A DNA stretch of 64,000 nucleotides, from positions 4,208 to 68,207 of the forward strand of contig CAMIFA010000005.1 in the NCBI GenBank assembly GCA_946221495.1, in the 5' to 3' direction. Position numbers and translations under genes: made by a program. The stretch's first letter is position 1. Each line of letters opens with the position of its first letter. Positions 59,499 through 64,000 of the stretch are shown in pieces. Below the pieces are notes generated by a model, which saw only the letters and a list, made by a program, of their open reading frames with translations, was not told the DNA's origin and ran no database searches. The stretch is from an uncultured cyanobacterium. Lineage in GTDB: Bacteria; Cyanobacteriota; Cyanobacteriia; Cyanobacteriales; Chroococcidiopsidaceae.

Positions 59499-62195
59499 TT
59501 ATCGCTCTGGATAATGTGCTGCTAAGAATGCTTTAGCCGCAGCCCGAATTTCTGCTGGTGAGGTGTTGGTTTCAATAACACCATCTAGAGTTGCCGCTAA
59601 TAAATCATCTAAAATTTGGCGGTACTGTGGTCCTGGCTGATAGCCCAAAGCTTTGAGATCGTTACCATTTAATGGCGACTGAACGTTAACCCAATGAGTG
59701 AGATATTGCCAAATTGGCTGTCTAACAGAACGCGGACTTTGGACAGCTAGTAAAATCAGCGTTGGCAAGTCGTAGCGCCGTAATTGGTATACTACCTGAC
59801 TTGGTAACTGACATAAAGGCAATGCTATTACTTCAGCTTGAGATTGAGCAAGAGTTTTTAACCGCTTAATCGAGTCATCTGGTAGTTGCAAATTTTCAGC
59901 AACCTGAGCGCGATATTCTGGTTTAAGGTGAGCAATTATTACTTCCAACCGCAATAGCCACTGGCTGAGGGAATGATTGTTCAACCGTCTTAAACAGCGC
60001 TCTAATAACCGCAATCGTAGCCACAACTGGCGATCTAGCTCTAAGGTGGGATGGATACATTTTAGTGCGTCTAAAGAAGCTAGTAAGCGTAATGCTGCTT
60101 GCCAGTAGGGGGCTTGGAGAATGTATTTTAGTTCACTCTTAAGCCTCGTAGAAAGTGCAGGTCTAATATGATCGCCTGGGGGTTGGTTGTAAATGCCACT
60201 AGCGATCGCATAACGGATATATACTTCTGTTTGCGGCTCAATGTCAAAACCCAAACGCACAGCAAACCGCACAGCGCGATAAATCCGCGTGGGATCTTCA
60301 ATAAAGCTGTTAGGGTGTAAAACCCGAATTTGTTTTGCTTTAAGGTCGAGTAAACCGCCAAAAAAATCTAATAATTCTCCAGCACGAGGATTTGTGAGCC
60401 GGATAGCTAGGGCATTGATCGTGAAATCTCGCCGATATAAGTCTTGACGAATCGAGCTAGCTTCAACTTCGGGATTCGCAGCTGGATAGGGATAAAATTC
60501 TGTGCGGGCGGTGGCAATATCTACCCACAGGGAGCCTAAAGCCTCGTCTTTATGCCATAAAAGAGCGGCGGTTTGAAAAGCGCCATGAACTTCTAGACGG
60601 GCAGAGGGATAAATTTGTCTTAATGCGTGTGCTAGTTGAACACCAGCACCAACATCTGTGTAACCATCCACCACAAGGTCAATATCTTGAATAATCAGTT
60701 GATCAGTGCTTTCTTTAGCAAGCAGCAAGTCGCGCACAGCGCCGCCAACAAGATAAAGATTCCAACTTCGTTGTTCTGCTTGCTTCGAGGCTAAGGTGAG
60801 AAACTCCCAAAATTGCGGCGCAAGGCGATCGCGCAATAAATTTAAGAATGAGGAACTAGAAGTGAGAGATACAGAATTACCTTTTGCCTCTGCTCGATTG
60901 CCTCTGCTCGATTGCCTCTGCAACTCGCGGACAACATCTGTACGAGTAACAATTCCGCTTAACTGCCCTGCCTTTAAAACTGGTAAGCGACCAATATCGT
61001 AAGTTACCATCAGTGTCTGAATTTCTGGCAGTGTTGTTTGCGGGGTAATCGTCTTCAGATTTGTCCTCATATAGCCTTTTACAGGCGCGTGGCTGAAGCC
61101 GTGATGCAGAGCTATATCAATATCCCGCCTAGAGACAATACCTACTAATTGACCTCCAGCATTCACTACACATAAGCCAGAATGCCCGTAGCGTAGCAGA
61201 ATTCGCTGTGCTTCTTTGATGGTGGTTTCAGGTCGAATTGTCCGCACTGGCGAGGACATTAAATCTTCTGCTATGGGTGGATGGGGAATTTGGGCTTTGA
61301 GTTGGTCAACCAGCTGTTTTAAAGTTGTTTGAGGATCTCCTGAGTGCAACGACACAGAAGCTGCCTGAGCATGACCCCCACCACCGAGAGATTGGAATAA
61401 TTGATTCAAATTGGTGCTAGAGATTTGCGTTCGCCCAATTATCGTCAATCGCTGTTCCCCTGCTGCTAGCAGTAAGGCATCGCTTTGAGTTAGCTCCATT
61501 AGCTGCGAGGCAAGAGTAGATAATCCTGACACATAACCGGATGTTTTCAACAGTACCCAGGAGATTGTGTAGCCTCTGATAATTTCCGATTGCAAGTTAG
61601 CCAATGCCTGACTCAATAATTCTTGTAACTGGAGAGACAACCCAGGCTCAACGTATTGGGCAATTAAGGGTAAGCTGGCTTTTTGCTGCATTAACCATGC
61701 TAAAGCGATCGCATCTCGTGCTGTTGAGGAGTCAAATGTTAACGAACCTGTATCAACGTGAATACCCAAAGCCATTACTGTTGCTTGGGCTGGGGTGAGA
61801 TTAATGAGTAAAAGTTGTAATTCTTCTGCTATTAAGGTAGTAGTGGCTCCTACAGGCGAAATATGAGTAGAAGTAGCGGGAATATCTGTTTCGACATCTA
61901 GGTGATGGTCATAGATAGTGATTGCTGCAAGCGGTAAATCTAACCACTCGCCTGCTTTACCCAAGCGATCGCGCCTTTGGGTATCAACGATCGTCAGTGT
62001 GCGGATTTGTTCTGGGTTAACAGCTCGACGTTCAATCAAGGCATATTCATCTCGATGCAACGCCAAAAATTCCTGCACAGCTGGATGACAACCGCCAGGT
62101 ACAACAATCTTACTCCCTGGTAACAGCTGCGTTAGTCCCACTGCTGCGCCCAAGGTGTCAAAGTCTGCGGTTGTATGACACAAAATTAAATCCAT
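59499..62195 (-). CDS. Multidomain DHH-DHHA1 phosphoesterase / tandem CBS / poly(A) polymerase-tRNA nucleotidyltransferase-family protein
   Basis: 898 aa. DHH motif (IYDHHLD); GGGH of DHHA1; two CBS domains; a nucleotidyltransferase head LYLVGGAVRDLLL...DIDLVV; a C-terminal helical domain. Confidence 0.8.
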   Translation of the reverse strand: MDLILCHTTADFDTLGAAVGLTQLLPGSKIVVPGGCHPAVQEFLALHRDEYALIERRAVNPEQIRTLTIVDTQRRDRLGKAGEWLDLPLAAITIYDHHLDVETDIPATSTHISPVGATTTLIAEELQLLLINLTPAQATVMALGIHVDTGSLTFDSSTARDAIALAWLMQQKASLPLIAQYVEPGLSLQLQELLSQALANLQSEIIRGYTISWVLLKTSGYVSGLSTLASQLMELTQSDALLLAAGEQRLTIIGRTQISSTNLNQLFQSLGGGGHAQAASVSLHSGDPQTTLKQLVDQLKAQIPHPPIAEDLMSSPVRTIRPETTIKEAQRILLRYGHSGLCVVNAGGQLVGIVSRRDIDIALHHGFSHAPVKGYMRTNLKTITPQTTLPEIQTLMVTYDIGRLPVLKAGQLSGIVTRTDVVRELQRQSSRGNRAEAKGNSVSLTSSSSFLNLLRDRLAPQFWEFLTLASKQAEQRSWNLYLVGGAVRDLLLAKESTDQLIIQDIDLVVDGYTDVGAGVQLAHALRQIYPSARLEVHGAFQTAALLWHKDEALGSLWVDIATARTEFYPYPAANPEVEASSIRQDLYRRDFTINALAIRLTNPRAGELLDFFGGLLDLKAKQIRVLHPNSFIEDPTRIYRAVRFAVRLGFDIEPQTEVYIRYAIASGIYNQPPGDHIRPALSTRLKSELKYILQAPYWQAALRLLASLDALKCIHPTLELDRQLWLRLRLLERCLRRLNNHSLSQWLLRLEVIIAHLKPEYRAQVAENLQLPDDSIKRLKTLAQSQAEVIALPLCQLPSQVVYQLRRYDLPTLILLAVQSPRSVRQPIWQYLTHWVNVQSPLNGNDLKALGYQPGPQYRQILDDLLAATLDGVIETNTSPAEIRAAAKAFLAAHYPER

Positions 62196-62376
62196 CTGTT
62201 GGGGGTTAGGGGATCAAATGTCAAGGAATTAAATAGCTACTTACCTACTCTTTACTTCCTACTCCCTATAGTGGTGCAATTTCTGATAGCTTACAAATAA
62301 GGAATGCTCGAAAAATAGCAAGCGTTACGCCCCATAGTTTTTTATTCACTTTAATGCTGTCTTAGGAGAAGCACTA

Positions 62377-62568
62377 ATGTTTACAATCCTATTCCAAATT
62401 GCCTTAGTCGCTCTAGTCGCCCTGTCGTTTGTGATGATTATAGGCGTTCCCGTTGCCTATGCCACTCCTCAGAATTGGAATGAATCAAAAAGGCTCCTTT
62501 GGGTGGGTTCTATCACCTGGTTTGCCTTAGTGTTTTTGGTTGGTGGCTTAAACTTCTTAGTGACATAA
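62377..62568 (+). CDS. psbZ: Photosystem II protein PsbZ (Ycf9)
   Basis: 62-63 aa with two TM helices. [34 protein letters not shown]...[12 protein letters not shown] matches the PsbZ pattern. Confidence 0.7.
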   Translation: MFTILFQIALVALVALSFVMIIGVPVAYATPQNWNESKRLLWVGSITWFALVFLVGGLNFLVT

Positions 62569-62752
62569 GCACGTTTATGTAGGGGTAATACGTGCATTAC
62601 CCCTATATTGCACTCAAGCTTAAGAATGCCTTGCTAAAACCTACCAGAAGAATTGGCAAAGCTTAAAAAAGCACTCGTCAGTTCAAAATGAAATTTTGAA
62701 TGATAATTTATCTTTAAGACTTACAGCTAATTGGTAGTATCACCCAAATAAT

Positions 62753-63349
62753 TTGAGAATTATAGCAATGGCAGTTTTCGAGGGAACTTTTACTCAGACG
62801 GAACCTTTGCGGTTAGCGCTTGTAATTGGTCGCTTCAACGATTTAATTACTACTAAGTTACTGGAAGGCTGTCAAGATTGTTTGAAACGTCACGGTATAG
62901 ATCCTAATCCTCACGGCACTCAAGTTGACTATTTTTGGGTTCCAGGAAGCTTTGAAGTACCGATGGTAGCTCGGCAACTGGCTCTTAGCGATCGCTACGA
63001 TGCGATAATTTGTCTTGGTGCTGTAATTCGCGGTCAAACTCCTCATTTTGATTATGTAGCCAGTGAGGTAGCCAAGGGAATTGCCGCAGCTGGCTTTCAA
63101 AGTGGAGTTCCGGTAATTTTTGGCATTTTAACAGCTGATACTATGCAGCAAGCCCTAGAAAGAGCAGGAATTAAAAGCAACAAGGGTTGGGACTACGCTA
63201 TGAATGCTCTTGAAATGGCTAGTCTGATGCGTCAATTGCGCTCAAGTGTAACTATAGACTCCTACGGTAGTAATTCTCAGTCTCTACCCGCCTCGCTAAA
63301 AAGTGCCATAGCTGCTGATTTATCTACTGCTCCAGAAGAATTGGGCTAG
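62753..63349 (+). CDS. ribH: 6,7-dimethyl-8-ribityllumazine synthase
   Basis: Lumazine synthase signatures [41 protein letters not shown]. The likely start is MAVFEG at 62768. It has a C-terminal extension. Confidence 0.85.
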   Translation: MRIIAMAVFEGTFTQTEPLRLALVIGRFNDLITTKLLEGCQDCLKRHGIDPNPHGTQVDYFWVPGSFEVPMVARQLALSDRYDAIICLGAVIRGQTPHFDYVASEVAKGIAAAGFQSGVPVIFGILTADTMQQALERAGIKSNKGWDYAMNALEMASLMRQLRSSVTIDSYGSNSQSLPASLKSAIAADLSTAPEELG

Positions 63350-63434
63350 TTAGTTATTTGTCATTAGGAAATAGGGACTAAGAAAAGGGTTGACAAATTG
63401 CAATTAATTTGGGACGCTAGTATATACGCAAATT

Positions 63435-63506
63435 GCGGGTATAGCTCAGTGGTAGAGCGTCACCTTGCCAAGGTGAATGTCGCGCGTTCGAATCGCGTTA
63501 CCCGCT
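63435..63506 (+). tRNA. tRNA-Gly (anticodon GCC)
   Basis: Folded by hand. Acceptor GCGGGTA/TACCCGC. D-arm GCTC-AGTGGTA-GAGC. Anticodon stem TCACC/GGTGA with loop TTGCCAA. T-arm CGCGC-GTTCGAATC-GCGTT region. Confidence 0.85.
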
Positions 63507-63715
63507 TAGTAAAAGAGCGGGCAAAATTTAAAAAAGCTTTGCCTAAACGTCCTGGAAAAATTATAAAATCTCTAGGGTGGATATTTCTATTATCGGTAGC
63601 ACTTGAGGAAAGCAGTAGTTGATAAGTAATTAGCAAAAATTGCTGAAGTGCTTGGTCATTTTAGATGTTTTAGATACACTCGTGAAATAACCACTTTTTG
63701 GTTCTACGACGGCTT

Positions 63716-64000
63716 GTGCAATCACAAAAGGGCAGAAAAATTGATTTGAACGTCGAGTACCCGTGTCCATGCCGACGACGCGGGCGCTTAATTCCGATTA
63801 CGCTTACAGAAGCTTTTGGTTGCGATCGCTGTCAGCAGCTATTTGTAGTGGAAAATAACGGGTATGTGCTGGAGCAACTAGCTACTAGTTATCCTTACAA
63901 ACGGGCTTGGCGGTGGGCGGGGAATCGTTGGGTTGTTTCCCAAACTCGGTTTGGACAAAGTTATTTACCTGTAGCTTTGGGCATTATCTTGGTGCTGCTG
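63716..64000 (+). CDS. Partial ORF (runs off the window): Cys-rich N-terminus plus hydrophobic segment; start uncertain
   Basis: Frame open from 63686 to the window end. CPCRRRG...CDRC looks like a zinc ribbon, then ...YLPVALGIILVLL is hydrophobic. No ATG start; GTG at 63716 or TTG are candidates. Confidence 0.25.
   Translation, partial: MQSQKGRKIDLNVEYPCPCRRRGRLIPITLTEAFGCDRCQQLFVVENNGYVLEQLATSYPYKRAWRWAGNRWVVSQTRFGQSYLPVALGIILVLL

Noticed and set aside
63398-63622. 74-aa ORF overlapping tRNA-Gly
   Set aside because: The sequence folds as a canonical tRNA-Gly(GCC). The ORF is incidental.

Overview
This window looks like a cyanobacterial chromosome segment, probably filamentous/Nostocales-like. 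The HIP1 octamer GCGATCGC is extremely frequent and even sits inside tRNA-Ala. STRR-like hepta/octamer tandem repeats are scattered in intergenic regions. psbZ, nblA and a kdpA-kdpB-kdpG-kdpC-short-kdpD operon are present. Most of the window is housekeeping: rtcB, ribD, hisC, mreBCD, ssb, LCP, manC-like, two ABC1 kinases, ABC-F, gpmI-secG, a GT4 glycosyltransferase, MFS, recO, deoC, a two-component system, the kdp operon, anmK, a Ser/Thr kinase, a PP2C phosphatase, a DHH-CBS-poly(A) polymerase protein and ribH. Several selfish or mobile elements interrupt it:

1. A ~6.9-kb integrated element sits at the 3' end of tRNA-Ala(CGC). It is bounded by a perfect 59-bp direct repeat and carries a tyrosine integrase, a VapE/VirE-like P-loop primase-helicase, two small RHH proteins and an iteron array. 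It looks like a phage-satellite or integrated-plasmid-like island.
2. An intein carrying an HNH nuclease is inserted at the catalytic Cys of rtcB.
3. A group II intron (RT-maturase-HNH) splits ssb after codon 21. A canonical cyanobacterial LexA box lies 11 bp upstream of the ssb ATG.
4. A tnpB-only IS200/IS605 element lies upstream of nblA.
5. A 53-bp hairpin insertion frameshifts an Rpn/DUF4351 gene.

No CRISPR array and no rRNA were seen. Two tRNAs are present: Ala-CGC and Gly-GCC.
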